DNA from: Marsupella aquatica
Lineage: Eukaryota; Plantae; Marchantiophyta
Direction: 5' to 3'
DNA length: 64,000 nucleotides
Assembly (NCBI GenBank): GCA_973895155.1
Contig: OZ316895.1
Location: 5,025,181 to 5,089,180, forward strand
A program made the position numbers and the translations under genes. Under the pieces are notes generated by a model. The model saw nothing but the letters and a program-made list of their open reading frames with translations. It did not search any database and was not told the DNA's origin. Below are positions 1 through 12,299 of the stretch, one piece after another. Each line of letters starts with the position of its first letter. Position 1 is the stretch's first letter.

Positions 1-3000
1 GTGCCCTACTTTCGCTTCCCCTCCCCGGGTCCCCTTGCTTTGCTTGGCAGGCCTCCCGAGAGACTCCCTCTCCTCCTTTTAATGCAACATAGGGCCTCGG
101 GCCCTCCTGCCTTGGCCTGGGGCGAAAATCTACTCCCGAGTGAGGGAGTTCGAATTGGACTCCCCTCCCCTGCTTTAATGCTGCCAAGGATGCTGGCAAC
201 GGTAGGAAACAAATGAAGGAATGGGCGAGGGAGGAAGAAAAATGCCGAAGGGAGGGCGCGCGGCCCTATGCATGACCCAGGGGCAATGATGAGCCCCGCA
301 TGTGTATACACAGGCAGGACCAGGAGGCACCTCGCGACGGTAGTTGCGAGGGGAGGCGAAATCAAACAACGGCAGGTGAGGGAAAAGAAAGAACAGGACC
401 CCAAAGGATCGTGAAAATGTAAAGCGAAGGGAAGGTGGTCGCGCTGCGACTGGAAAACACCGAAAATGGCCCGAAAGGTCGTGGCAGTCAACAGCCGGCA
501 GCCATAGTTGTAAGCAGCAAAGGGTCCCCGGATGCAACCGGAAAGAAAAAATCAGGCTCCAACAGGAGCGTTATGTGTATACTTATGTTAAGTATACACT
601 TAACACCATATTGAACCCATAATTTCAACCCGTACCTCCATTGTTGCTCAAAGAAATTGCACCGGCTTTGACGGAAATTGTCTGGACCGACATAGCAGCT
701 GAGAAGCACAACGTCTTTGATCTTCTTCCCTTCACCGCTAACCCGGCGGCAGTTCTTCTTGAATGAAAGGCGTAAGAGAAACAATCATACTGAAATCGAA
801 TCGAAAACCGGCGGGATGCCAAGATCGGCCGGGAGCATCTAACGAATCACTGTGTGAATCCCGTGTACGGAACTGACGAGCACTGTCTGAGCTCTGTCAA
901 CAGCGATTCAAGAAGAACTAAAAACCGACAAAGAAAGACATGCCCTAAGTAGATCAAGTCAAGGCGTCACACTAACAAGCACATTTTGCTTCAAGAATGG
1001 CCCAGACTTGCTACAAGAACATGACACTAACTCAAGTAGTACACTAGCCCTAACTACATACCTAGCGGGCATGCGAGGGACATGCCAATGTGCACAAGCG
1101 GCACTGTCCCTCGGCATGACATCACAAGACTAAGAGCAATCCTTAACAAAGCTTTCTAGCTAGTAGCTAAATTCTATCTAGAAGATTTGTCGCCCAATTT
1201 GTCAATTTATTTTCAAATAATTGAAAATTCTGGACATTTCACTGAAGTCTGACTTTGGCAAGTTTTGAATTAGAAGTTAATAGCCTCATGACCTTGACGC
1301 AACTATTCACCGAATGGAGAAGGGCAAAGCTTAAGCTTTGAGAAGAGAGAAGTATGATTGGGAAGCGAAACTGTTAGTCATGTTGTGTTGGACAAGTATG
1401 ATATATTCTACACTTTGCATTGTTTAAATTATATTTTCTCACGGAAGCATTGTGGACCCATTGAGCAATGGCCGCTTGAGAATTTTGGCATTCCTTCAAC
1501 TGCCACATGAATACTTTGCTTTGCAGGCCAAAGTTGACGACATGGTTATCACAAGCAATTGTCAAATTCAGACCTTTTCGCTACATATATGTTGCAACCA
1601 AATTCTCAAGCTAATTAAGAGGTCAAAATACAATCCATGGCAAGTCCATTACTTTGAAACCAAAACAATGTCTGATCAAATGAATTATATCAGTTCATTG
1701 AATTCAAGTTCCGACTATAGCTAGCAGTTTGCCTAAAAGGTAAAAGGCCAAAAATCTTACTCCAGGTGCTAATTACCCTTTAACAAAAAAGTTATCAAGT
1801 CAGTTATTAGTCATTGTTTGTTATACAAAAGAAATACTTTTTGAATCTTTGAATTTAAGTTTTAAAATTAGAAATGTAACTAAAACGGTTACATAGTGAT
1901 AATTTTACTCGTCTTGCTCTTTGTATTTCTAAATTTTACATTTTCTTTTTACTGCATGGCGTCCCAAACTTTACGTCCAAATTGAGGCAAACACGAATGA
2001 AAACTGTAAGTTTGATTCACAAAACTGACTAGTATTGTTTGTTGCGATTGTTGTTGATCAATGTGGCACTCTCCCGGGCTGGGAATTATTAAATCAAAAA
2101 TTTAAAAATTGGCACTCAGAGCAGGAAAGTGACATTCCAAAAACATTGGGCTGGAGAAATATGCTCACCTGGGCAATTTGGAAAAGGGAAGGAAATTAAA
2201 TTCCAGACATGAGAGACTGGAAAACATTATAGGCTAAACACTCTGGACAACGTGTTAGGTAACAAACACATGTTTTGGCCAGGTGAAAATTACACTCTTG
2301 AAAACTTTGTGGATGGGGAAAAAATAGAATGACCACTCGCCCCAGTCCTAAAGTAAGCTACAATAACCTTTCACTACCTTTAAGATCGCCAACCAGGTTG
2401 CTACTGCTGTATATGAGTACTTTTGTCGGTCGTTCACGTCGCCACCCAGGTTACTAGTACTGCTAGATGCAAGTCAGGACCATGAATGTCGACACGATGC
2501 AGGCAACACGGCACCTAGAGGTGCCAAGCATGTCCAGACCAGGAATGTCGACACTACGAACGCGACATTCAAGAGGTGTGAGGCTTGAACGAACCTGGGA
2601 GTACAGTAGATGGGCGGCAGGAAAGCTCTCTACCACTAGCTAGAGCCACCCACGTACTACTGCTGCCAGAGCCGGGCTCTTTGCACTGTTGATCAGGTAT
2701 GACGGTTATCCCCATTCGCACAGGGGCTCCTTTATTCTTGGTCTCGAAATGGAGCTACTGTAGTTGTAGAGCGGCTCCTGGGATGAGGAGCTTGCGGTGG
2801 CTGTGATCTAGAAGCGCAGCAAGCTCACCTTCTCACGTTTCCCAGAATGGACGGTTATTGGTAAGACTCTTGGATCCATCGAGCTCCGGCGGATGACAGA
2901 CCAGTATTTTAAATAGAAAACTGACGTGCTGTTCTTGCGGCAAGTCCTCATATTCACAAAATATCCTCTTCTTCTAAGTCTGATTGTCACAAAGCGAGAA

Positions 3001-3553
3001 GTAAAGCAATGCAAGGCAAAGACTGGATGAGATCTAGCTTATTTAAGCTGGTCAATTTGGAGCAAGATATTTGTATCTTCCATTTCATTGCTGCGGAGTG
3101 TTCCGGAGTCTGACAATCGGGTTGCTAAGACATCTGAATTCATGTGAATTGTGTTTTCTTCAAGTGAACAAAGAGGCTGGCGCAAATAGTAGGAGACAGT
3201 TCTCTCACAGTTTGCTGGAAAGTTGTCTAGAGCCAGCACAATAATTTTGCCGAAAGTCTGACAGCCTCATCGGCATGACCTGCATGTTGCTTTTCAGCAC
3301 AATTTCATGGACAGATTGACAGGGCCCATCTTACTTTACACGTAAAATAGCACTTTCTTATCTGACTGAGTATATAACGATCCACCCAGTTTGATGCTCC
3401 CAAACTAATTTCTGAAGTACTCGATATGTCAGTGTTGTCGACAAATTAATGGCCAGATGTTTCCAGACGTGTGCCCAACCCAGAATCTTCAGGTCAGGAA
3501 ATGTTTTAGAACATCTTTGTGAGACTGTAAGCCTAGAGTACGGTGAGACTGGT

Positions 3554-3655
3554 ACCTTTTCAAGGGGACTTTGAAACATAATGAAATTGTGATGGTGCCC
3601 ATCAACCTTTTCAAGGGGACTTTGAAACATAATGAAATTGTGATGGTGCCCATCA
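3554..3655. repeat. Perfect 51-bp tandem duplication
   Basis: accttttcaaggggactttgaaacataatgaaattgtgatggtgcccatca occurs at 3554-3604 and 3605-3655. Confidence 0.95.
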
Positions 3656-3871
3656 ATCTACCTTGAAACAGTCCTTTAGTGTGAGGTAAACAAAGCCATC
3701 CATGGAGGATCTTTCATTTGGTGACTCCTTAACAAGGAGTGCTTTACCATGCTTTGACTCTTGTTAGGAAGGTTTAAAATCAGCTAAAATTAAATACAGA
3801 ATGCACTTCCAGGTTGCAATGCTCTTGATAAAGGTCATCTAATTTACAAAGAAAATTCAAAAGTGGGCTTA

Positions 3872-4182
3872 AAATAACTAACTGGCTTTGCTCAGTTGGC
3901 CGGACGATGTGCCTAGAACCAAGAGGTCCCAGGTTCAATCCTCCCTCCATTCGCAAGGGGTGTGTGGGGGGTGGGGGGCATAGTGGTGGGGGTATTGATT
4001 ATCTCCTCTGCCCTTGCTAGTCTGCTTTGGGACTCTGGGTTTAATTCTGTCTCCTTCCTGGTCTGGGTCCCTGTGGGATCCCGGGGTATTGTCCAGTTGT
4101 GGCTACCCTACATAGAATTGCATGTTCCATAGCAGGATGTCTATCCTCTGTTGGATGAGCTTGCTTTTGATTTTCAAGGCAA
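3872..4182 (+). mobile_element. tRNA-derived SINE with probable target-site duplication
   Basis: Pol III A-box-like ttgctcagttgg (3888-3899) and B-box ggttcaatcc (3932-3941) at tRNA-like spacing, then a tRNA-unrelated body. Flanked by aaaagtgggctta (3859-3871) and aaaagtggactta (4183-4195), one mismatch. Confidence 0.7.
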
Positions 4183-6983
4183 AAAAGTGGACTTACCTTG
4201 TTAGAGGCATGTCAAAATATCAATTTCCAGAGCATTTTGGTGGGGCTCTCTTAGAACTCCTGTGCTGTCGAGACATTTAGCACCAGAAAATGCCTAGAAA
4301 GGCATATAGCACCAGGGTTGGGGGACCCGTTTTAGATCAAACTAAATATATGAGGTCCTTCTGAATAGGATAATGTCCTGGTTAGAAGGCTTTGTGAGAT
4401 ATAATGCCGCCTAAAACCAGGGGCAGTCCAAGTTTTGAGGGGCTTCACAATTCCCATAAATACGACATTAACAAACTTACAGTGATTGTTTGAAAATAGA
4501 CAAGAAAAATTAAGCTTAATATGAATGGATGGAAAAAAATTAAAGGCCTTGCAGCAATTTTTTTGGCATTAATTGGTTGAAAACATGAAAGAAGTTTAAA
4601 ATAGAACAATATTGAGTCTTACAATATATTAGATTTTGGATACAATCTGTTTATTATGTTTTATATAGTAAACTATTTTCTCTTTAAATAGTTTCCTAGA
4701 TTTGTGGTACTTTCCATAATCCCCTCCTCAAAGGAAGGGGGGCACTCTGGGAAATTAATGCCCTGCAAAATAGAAAGAGAAATATCACGAGAATCAATCA
4801 AAAAAGACATGCCATGAAAGCACAACAAGTCACTTCTTCCAACAGGCTTTCTTTGCCATAGCACAAGGCTATTGGCTTGGCTTCGACGTTCAAATAGACG
4901 TTGTGTAAAGTAAAATCAACAGGTGTCGATGTTTTGGCACATTGGCCATACCCGAAGCCATGCGTGTTGGGAATCAACTTGCTTCGTGTTTACTTGGGCC
5001 ACACTGATTTGGTTTTTGAACTTTAGCAAGTTCTCTCCTCTTTGTGTGTGGGGACCCGAGGGGGGTGCATGCAGGGCGGGGGGAAAAGATAAGTCTCTAC
5101 AGACTTTTAATTTTCTCCTTGCCTTATGCCACAGTACCATGGGAATGTTGCGAGTGGTATTCTCACTACAATAAGTGTCTATAAGGAAGTAAAATCAAGG
5201 AAAAAGAAATCCAGATGGACCAGGATGTTTGACAAACAAGTCAGATGGACCATAACCTAACATTGCTTTGAGCTCAAATGACAGATATCTTTACTTTGTA
5301 TAAATGGTCACACTTCTGTTAGGTCAATCCAGCTGCATGGTCAAACAATGTGGTCCAGCGAGAATCAGCTTCCACTGCAAGACATAAGAAACTAGACAAA
5401 GTGATCATGATCACGCCCATTAATATTTGGGGCCACCTAGAGTTGACCACTGACCTCCATACCAGAGTGGTAAGGAATGCTTAGAGGTAAAAGAATCTCA
5501 CCACCAATTTTCCGTGGTGCATTTTTCACCAAAATGTGCCTCCCCAAAAACATACATTTCCCGGTTCCGTAGCGACTTTCCCCAGGGCCTATTAGCCAAA
5601 ATCTGAATGCGCTCCTTAATTAAAACTAGGGAGATCTGACAATCAATTTAAATTAGAAATACAGTATAGAGAAAGAATATAGAGTAAGAATGTTGGAGTA
5701 AGAATGTTCTTAAATGTTCTCCGTGTCACAGTCATGCCATCTGGCGAATAAATAAAGCTTAATTTACGCTCGATCTCACACAAATTTGTTTCCCAAGTTT
5801 AGTAGAGGAACTTATCTCCACATAACCTCTCCACATAACTGGTGAAGGATACTCTCACACGTATTATTATCGTACGGGTGAAGTTTGCGATATCTTCGCC
5901 TGTACTAGTGCGGATCATATCGTACCATACCATATCACACTTTTACCAGTTTGTATAATTATCATCGGAAGGACTTAGAACCAGTACCATCACTGGCACC
6001 TGGTGCTGATTGTCTCGCCCACCGCTCTGGGCATGGTGGGCCTTGCCATCTTGCCCTTTGTCCATGAGCCCTCGTTTGATTCTCATGCCAGATGGGGAAA
6101 TTGCACTGGTCAGCTCCTGAAGATGCCCATGCTCTTGCGGCCGGTGATTCAAGAGTCCCGATAAAGGGAAACTATTTCTAGGAGTTTCTCTTGGCATCAA
6201 ATTCACAAAAGGAGTTGTTCATATATAACATACATAGGATTAATTCGGTTTACGCCATCTCATAACCACACAGAAAAATATTGTTTTATTCGTCTGTGTA
6301 CATAAATGAGGTAGAAGACTACTGTAGATATGGAGGACTAATTTCATGTGGACAAAATACTAAGGGTTGTCTAAATTATCGAGAAAATGAGATATCAAAT
6401 GTGCACATAATCAGGGAAGCAAATACGTGTGTTGCTAATAAGATAGTTTGTTGGTCCTATCTTTTAGGGCCAGAAACTTTCCAGCCCTTGCCCTTGAGAC
6501 TCCTCAAATATATATTGCCGTCACGACTGGCTCTGGAAGGGAAATGGCACATGTTTATGTGGGCTTTTCTTACCTAAATATTTCCCAGGAAATGAAACTA
6601 TTGCTCTGATGGACCAATGTCATGAGCCTTTACCTGGATTAACCAGCCCCACTGCTGACCAGTGCAGTATGGATTTTTCTACAAAATTGCTATTTGAGGG
6701 CAAACAAGGGTTTTTACATTCCCTGTGGGTTGTGCTAGTCTCTCTACACATTTTTTTCAAACATTTTAGGTCCACTAGGACTTTAGTTTCCCAGAATGTA
6801 CTCTGGCAAATCATACCAAAAAAATTAATGGCATATCAAGGCCTTAGTTTAGCAATTTGCCAGTGTAGATTATGGGTATACTCAGGAGAAAAGAAAGACC
6901 TGATATTGTTTGACAACTAAATTCAATGAATCTTCACAACCCACTTAGAACATTTGAAACATTGTTTTGAAATAGTGTCAAGG

Positions 6984-7420
6984 TGTTGGGAAAATTGTGA
7001 CAAAACAACCACGAAAACAATCAACAATTGTGCACACACCAACACCAAGAGATACGTGATTAACCATTGTCAAGGCTACGTCCACGGGAGCACAATAGTT
7101 TTACTAAGCTTTGGCTGCCATGGTCACACAAAGTCTCCTTGCACAAGCTTTCCTCCTAGCACTTAGCTAGCTCCTTCAACAACGAGCATGAGTCCCCAAG
7201 AGGAACTCTCCCTAACCCCTCTATATGCTAGATGCAAGATTTGTGGCTAATCACCATTAACACCTTAATGACAGTTTAGCCAAAGTAACATGTGCTTAAC
7301 CCAAGACTAGAGTTAACCCTAACACAAGGGAGTATATGTTAAGTTTGGAGTGTGTCTATCAAGGTTTAGTGGCTAGTCCACCGGACCACCCTTTTATAAT
7401 AGTTGTGTCTATCTGGGCTT
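6984..7420. mobile_element. Possible degenerate solo-LTR fragment
   Basis: Starts TGTTGG and contains accaagagatacgtg...ggctacgtccacgg, a segment reminiscent of plant Copia LTRs. No matching right terminus found. Confidence 0.3.
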
Positions 7421-8148
7421 TCCTCTGCTTGATTGTGATTGCCTATGTTATTAGATTTTATTTGGCAAGAAAGAAAATTCTCTCGCCAAAAAACAAAACA
7501 AAACTTGGAGAATCTCTTCATCAAATCTTGCTCCTTTGTTCTTGACCTCCTTCTTCTTCAGAAAGACCGAAGGACAGATGGTAAAGTCGGGTGGCGGGCC
7601 ACTCCACTCACGTCTTCCTTTGGAATTTGGAGAGATATTTTATTTGGCAATGGAAATGATGCTCTCATTGATTTGAGCTCAGTGAACCTTACAACTCTTT
7701 TTCAATTCACTCATTGGCAGGATTCTGGCGTCCGAAAAGTTTTTAAAAGCAAAGTCTCACTTTCAATATCTTGCCTGATATCTAATGGAATCTGTTTCCC
7801 TTGGGACTCGTTAGACTTGGAAAGATCTTTCCAGCCAGTCATATGTACATAATTTTCATGGGAAATTGGGAAATTTATGAATTTTTGAAGAGATATTAGT
7901 CCACCACTCAAGTGTCCACACTTTGCACTTTCAAGAGCTTTGGAAAGTCAACTTTCTCATTGACTATCTCCCTCTCTATCCCATGAAACCTAATGTTTTT
8001 GGACAGATGATTAGAAATAGTTTGGAAAGAACTTTGCCATGAGCCTGATATTGTCAAAGTTCATCGAAATGGAGACACAAATTTTAAAGATGACTGTGCC
8101 ATTCTCTTGCCACAATTTTCTCATATGTAATATGTACTACGCTAGCGA

Positions 8149-8168
8149 ATATATATATATATATATAT
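8149..8168. repeat. (AT)10 microsatellite
   Basis: Direct reading of the sequence. Confidence 0.95.
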
Positions 8169-8629
8169 TTCCTCTGCAATCCATCACTATTGCAATCTAG
8201 TGGAGCATTTTAACAAATATGGAGACCCATTCACGGCCTCAATTTCAATTAAATCCTTTTGAGCAATAAAAAACATGTCCCCCAAACTATCTAGATTCAC
8301 TAAAGTGTTCCCTAAACAAATTCATTTACTAACCCGACCCAGCCTCCTGCAGGGGTAAGTATTCTGAAGGGGTTAGTATTGCTTCAGGAGACATAACTCA
8401 ACCTCTGTTCTCGCTGGTAATGGGACAAGTTAATAGAAAACATTTCAGACTACCAAAAAACAAAGGGAGAAATATCCCTCCAGCAAAAAGACCCCATCAA
8501 GGGAACAATAATAAAAAGCTGAATAAAAGAAATTCGGTGGACAGTGGACAAATCTTCCTCTTCTTGTCCGTTTTCTTTCTTGAGAGTCTTCTTGGGAAGG
8601 ACCGAAGGACAGGGAGACGGACCGTAAAG

Positions 8630-8730
8630 TGTGGCGGTGGGCCCGACTTTGGGGTGCGGTCCTTTACAACTCACCGCACGCTCCGGCGACTACTGTACCA
8701 CACTGCTACTGTGGTTATATACCGTATTCT
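8630..8730 (+). promoter_or_regulatory. Probable NBR1 core promoter
   Basis: tgggccc (site II/TCP-like, ~8638) and TATA-like ttatata (~8716) lie just upstream of a CT-rich leader (8750-8900) typical of plant 5' UTRs. Confidence 0.45.
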
Positions 8731-9073
8731 AGTCTTGCTTCGGCACCACGCCGTTCAGTTTCTTCGCCGGCTCGGTGGCTCGCTCGATCCATCCAGAGGC
8801 CTCCTCCTCTCCTCTCCTCTCCTCTCCCTCTCCTCTTGCGTGCGGGCGCGGATCACTGGAACGCGCTTTGCCTCCACTATTTCTTCCTCTCGCGCACTGC
8901 TGCTGCTGCTGTTCTGCCTCGCCACGAGCTGCAGATCGATATCTTTTGTAGATACTCGCACAGCAATCAACTCCGTGGAGGACATCGTTTGTCGATAGAT
9001 CGATCGGGGATTGATTGTGGATTGAGAGATTGAGAACTGAGAGATTGAGGGATTGAGGGATTGACGGTTTCTG

Positions 9074-9623
9074 GTGGGTTGGTGGGTTGAAGAAAAACTG
9101 GAAGTGGTGAAGCCTAGCGTGCTCCCACTCCTCCTGGTGGTGGTGCTCTTCTTTCGGTCTGTTTGATTGGTCGCTCGTTCGAAGCTAGTAGCCGAGTGCG
9201 GTTTTGTGTCGTCGTTTTGTCGGAGGACGGGGTGGTCGGCTGATTTGGGCGCTTTGGATTTGCGAGTTTTTGGTTGGGGCTCTGTGGGAGAGACTGCTTT
9301 GGTCGCCGGTGGCTTATCGGAACGCTTGGTGTCCAAGTTGTTAGGTTCTGTCCTGGCGGAGAACTCCAGTAGCGGCTTATCGGAACGCTTTGGGTCTTGT
9401 TGCGCGATCTCTCGTCGTGTGGGAGGGTGAGGGTTGTGGAGTTTGCGGAACTTGTGTTGGTCGGTTCGTGATTAACTGTTGTTGGGATAGGGTTGTGTGT
9501 GGAGTTTTAGTCTGTTTGTTACCGGGTTAGGGCTGTTTCGTTCGTTTTTGTGCTCATCGTTAGTTGGTGGAGCGTTTGTGCTCGTTTCTGTTGTAGTTGT
9601 TCGTTGATTCTTAAATTTTCCAG
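9074..9623 (+). other. Probable 5'-UTR intron of NBR1
   Basis: GT/T-rich stretch ending in ttttccag (9616-9623), 19 nt before the ATG. Candidate donor g/gtgggt at 9074, position uncertain. Confidence 0.55.
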
Positions 9624-9642
9624 GGATCTGCTGTCTAGCGCC

Positions 9643-11799
9643 ATGGTGTATGTTATCAAAGTGAAGTATGGGGATATCCTTCGCCGGTTCACGTTCGAGA
9701 GCAAGCCTCGCGGGGAGGATCTATCTTACTCCGTGCTGGAGAGCAGAATTCGGAGATTATTTGATCTCCCGGCTGAAAAACAGATTCGTGTGACCTACAA
9801 TGATCGAGATAGTGACGTGATTACTATGGCTGATGACCAGGATTTGGTGGATGCCTTGATCATGCAATCCTTGAATCCTCTGCGATTGTATGTGACTCCG
9901 ATCGAACCTAAGAGCGTGGCTCTTGACGTTATTCCGGCTACTCCTGTTGCTGACTCTCAGCAGCGTGAAGTAGGAACGGAAGCTATTGAGTCCCCCTTGA
10001 AGCAGGTCTTGAAGGGACAGATCCTGAAGGGATTGACTGTCTTCCAGGAAGGAGGTGCTTCAACTCCCCAAGATTTGGTGGAGCAAATTATGAAAGTTGT
10101 CACTACGCAGGTGACTGCTGCTGTGAAAGGTGCGGAGGCCAAGACCCGGTCGGTTGGCGAAGTCTTGTCTGGATTCACAGAGGCGACGAAGGCTGGGGTC
10201 GTACCGATCGCCGCGTTTCCTCTTCCTCGCCCCTCTGAAGCTTCGCCGTCTCCCACGAAGAGCGAGAGCAACGAAGCTGCAGAAACCAGGATTGCAACCC
10301 GCCTCGTTCACAACGGAGTAACGTGCGATGTTTGCGGAATGTTCCCCATCGAGGGGACTAGATTCAAGTCCAAGAAGAAACATGACTACGACTTGTGCTC
10401 TAACTGCTTCAACAAGGCAGACGACCAGGTCGAGTACGTCCGCATCGAGCGACCTTTATTTCGTCCTCGCCATCTTCATTCTGGAAGAATGCGATGCCCA
10501 GCTCTGTATGCTAATCACTATCCAGGCAGGCATATGTCTATGCCTGGACCTTACACCAGCAGGCCTGCAGATCGGTGGCACCCGGGTCCATCGCAGCATA
10601 TGGGGGCTGCCATGTATTCAGGGAAATTGGACTCGCGTTTTGTTGAGGATGTCACCATAATGGATGGTACTGAGATGGCCCCCGGAACTCGTTTCACCAA
10701 AATCTGGCGCTTGCGCAATAGTGGTAAGATACCTTGGGCTCCCCAAACCAAGCTTGTCCACGTCGGTGGCGATGAATTGGGCAGCGTTGATATCGTCCCG
10801 TTAGAGTTACCAGAGCACGGTCTCCTTCCTGAACAAGAGGTCGAAGCTGCCGTCGACCTTATTGCCCCCGTAAAACCGGGCCGTTATGTTTCCCATTGGC
10901 GCCTTGCGTCACCGTCAGGTCCGAAATTCGGGCATAGGGTGTGGGTCGTAATCCAGGTGGTGTCGAAGGAGAATGTGACTCCAGTAGTAGCAAATGAGTC
11001 TGCCGACAGTGATGCTGATAAATCACAGGAAGACGAAGTGACCGAAAAAACTTCGGTTCTCTCTGCTGCAACTTCATCTGGGTCACGAGAGGAGTTTGTG
11101 AAAGCCTCCCATGCAGCGGCTGGGCAGCCTGAGCGAGAGATCACATACCCCGAAGTGGACATGACAAGTAGTTTTGTTGATATTTTAGAACCATTTTCTG
11201 GCCTTAAGATTTCTGAGATGGAAAGGGACATCGAAGTGAGAGAGGAAGGCCTTGTCGCTATCCCTGAATTAAAGGTGGAGTTACCAACTGAGAATGTTGT
11301 ACAGGCCGAGGTAGCTGCAGTTGAGAACAGTGAGTTAGGAGGAGGATTTTCAATGGTGGAGATGCCACCGAATGGAATTCATGTGGTCAATTCTGTTCCT
11401 ACCACACCAAGAGAAGAGGGCGAGGCATCTCTTGTCAGTAACCAGGTGGAGAAGGTAGAAGTTAAGAAGGAAGAAGAAAGCGTCGATGAAGAGTTGACGA
11501 CTCCAGAACGTTTGTCGGTGAAGTTAGAGGCAATGGGCTTCAGCGATAGGAAATTGAATGTGGAGCTGTTGGTCAGAAATAAGCTCGATCTACGTCGGAC
11601 ATTAGATGATTTGTTCGCTGCGGCAGAGTGGGATCCGATTCTCGAGGAGCTTGAGGAGATGGGATTTTATGATACTGAGATGAACCGTCGCCTCATGTTC
11701 AAGAACAACGGGTCTGTGAAGCGTGTGGTGAAAGAGCTGGTGCAAATGTATAAGGAACCTGCCGATCAAGGGAAAGCGAAGGGTGTGGTCATTGAGTAA
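9643..11799 (+). CDS. NBR1: NBR1/JOKA2-like selective autophagy cargo receptor, 718 aa, single coding exon
   Basis: ATG in gccATGg context. PB1 (VIKVKYGDILRR...YNDRDSDVITMADDQDL), ZZ finger (HNGVTCDVCGMFPIEGTRFKS...DYDLCSNCF), FW/NBR1 domain (DSRFVEDVTIMDGT...FTKIWRLRNSG...WRLASPSGPKFGHRVWV), two UBA domains flanking the ATG8-interacting motif WDPI (11629-11640). Confidence 0.96.
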   Translation: MVYVIKVKYGDILRRFTFESKPRGEDLSYSVLESRIRRLFDLPAEKQIRVTYNDRDSDVITMADDQDLVDALIMQSLNPLRLYVTPIEPKSVALDVIPATPVADSQQREVGTEAIESPLKQVLKGQILKGLTVFQEGGASTPQDLVEQIMKVVTTQVTAAVKGAEAKTRSVGEVLSGFTEATKAGVVPIAAFPLPRPSEASPSPTKSESNEAAETRIATRLVHNGVTCDVCGMFPIEGTRFKSKKKHDYDLCSNCFNKADDQVEYVRIERPLFRPRHLHSGRMRCPALYANHYPGRHMSMPGPYTSRPADRWHPGPSQHMGAAMYSGKLDSRFVEDVTIMDGTEMAPGTRFTKIWRLRNSGKIPWAPQTKLVHVGGDELGSVDIVPLELPEHGLLPEQEVEAAVDLIAPVKPGRYVSHWRLASPSGPKFGHRVWVVIQVVSKENVTPVVANESADSDADKSQEDEVTEKTSVLSAATSSGSREEFVKASHAAAGQPEREITYPEVDMTSSFVDILEPFSGLKISEMERDIEVREEGLVAIPELKVELPTENVVQAEVAAVENSELGGGFSMVEMPPNGIHVVNSVPTTPREEGEASLVSNQVEKVEVKKEEESVDEELTTPERLSVKLEAMGFSDRKLNVELLVRNKLDLRRTLDDLFAAAEWDPILEELEEMGFYDTEMNRRLMFKNNGSVKRVVKELVQMYKEPADQGKAKGVVIE

Positions 11800-12299
11800 A
11801 TTTCGTTCTCAAATGTCCTAGAGTTCGTCTCTCAGACGTTCTTGCTATCAGTAAGTTGTTCTGTAGGTAGCAGCAGATCTATGGGTGGACTCTGTATATA
11901 TCCTCGGGGACACTCCATACATAGATTTAACTTCGAAGTATGAAAAGTTAACATCAATAAAAAGTTTTTCCAGGATTATTTCTCAAAGGGTCTTTGAGGG
12001 GATGTTCACTGAAACACTCAATTTTGGAAGTTTCTTTCCTATCATGTCATAGTTATCGAGATATTTCTATCAGTAGTAGATATCCTTTTTCTGTTTAGCT
12101 TTCTTTATTGTGATGGAGATATGCAAAGTAGTCCTTTCCATGTGGGTGAAGTGCAGATACATAACGGATTGTGATTATTACGTAAGGTAGACTAGCACAT
12201 CCGGAAGCTGAAATATCACTCTCTTATGGAGGTTACCGGTGGTATAGTTGTGATGCATATCTCTACTCAGGTAGAGGAATTGACCAGGATCTTCAACTT

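Noticed and set aside
1-900. GC-rich overlapping ORFs at the window start
   Set aside because: No recognisable domain and truncated by the window edge; could be a TE or gene 5' region but is unassignable.
3883-3955. Functional tRNA gene
   Set aside because: No convincing acceptor stem or cloverleaf; better explained as a SINE head.
8420-9430. Overlapping 87-193 aa ORFs upstream of NBR1
   Set aside because: Low-complexity translations of a CT/GT-rich UTR and intron with no recognisable domain.
9550-9642. 31-aa N-terminal extension of NBR1 in the ORF track
   Set aside because: It starts at GTG within the probable intron. The ATG at 9643 has good context and begins the PB1 domain.
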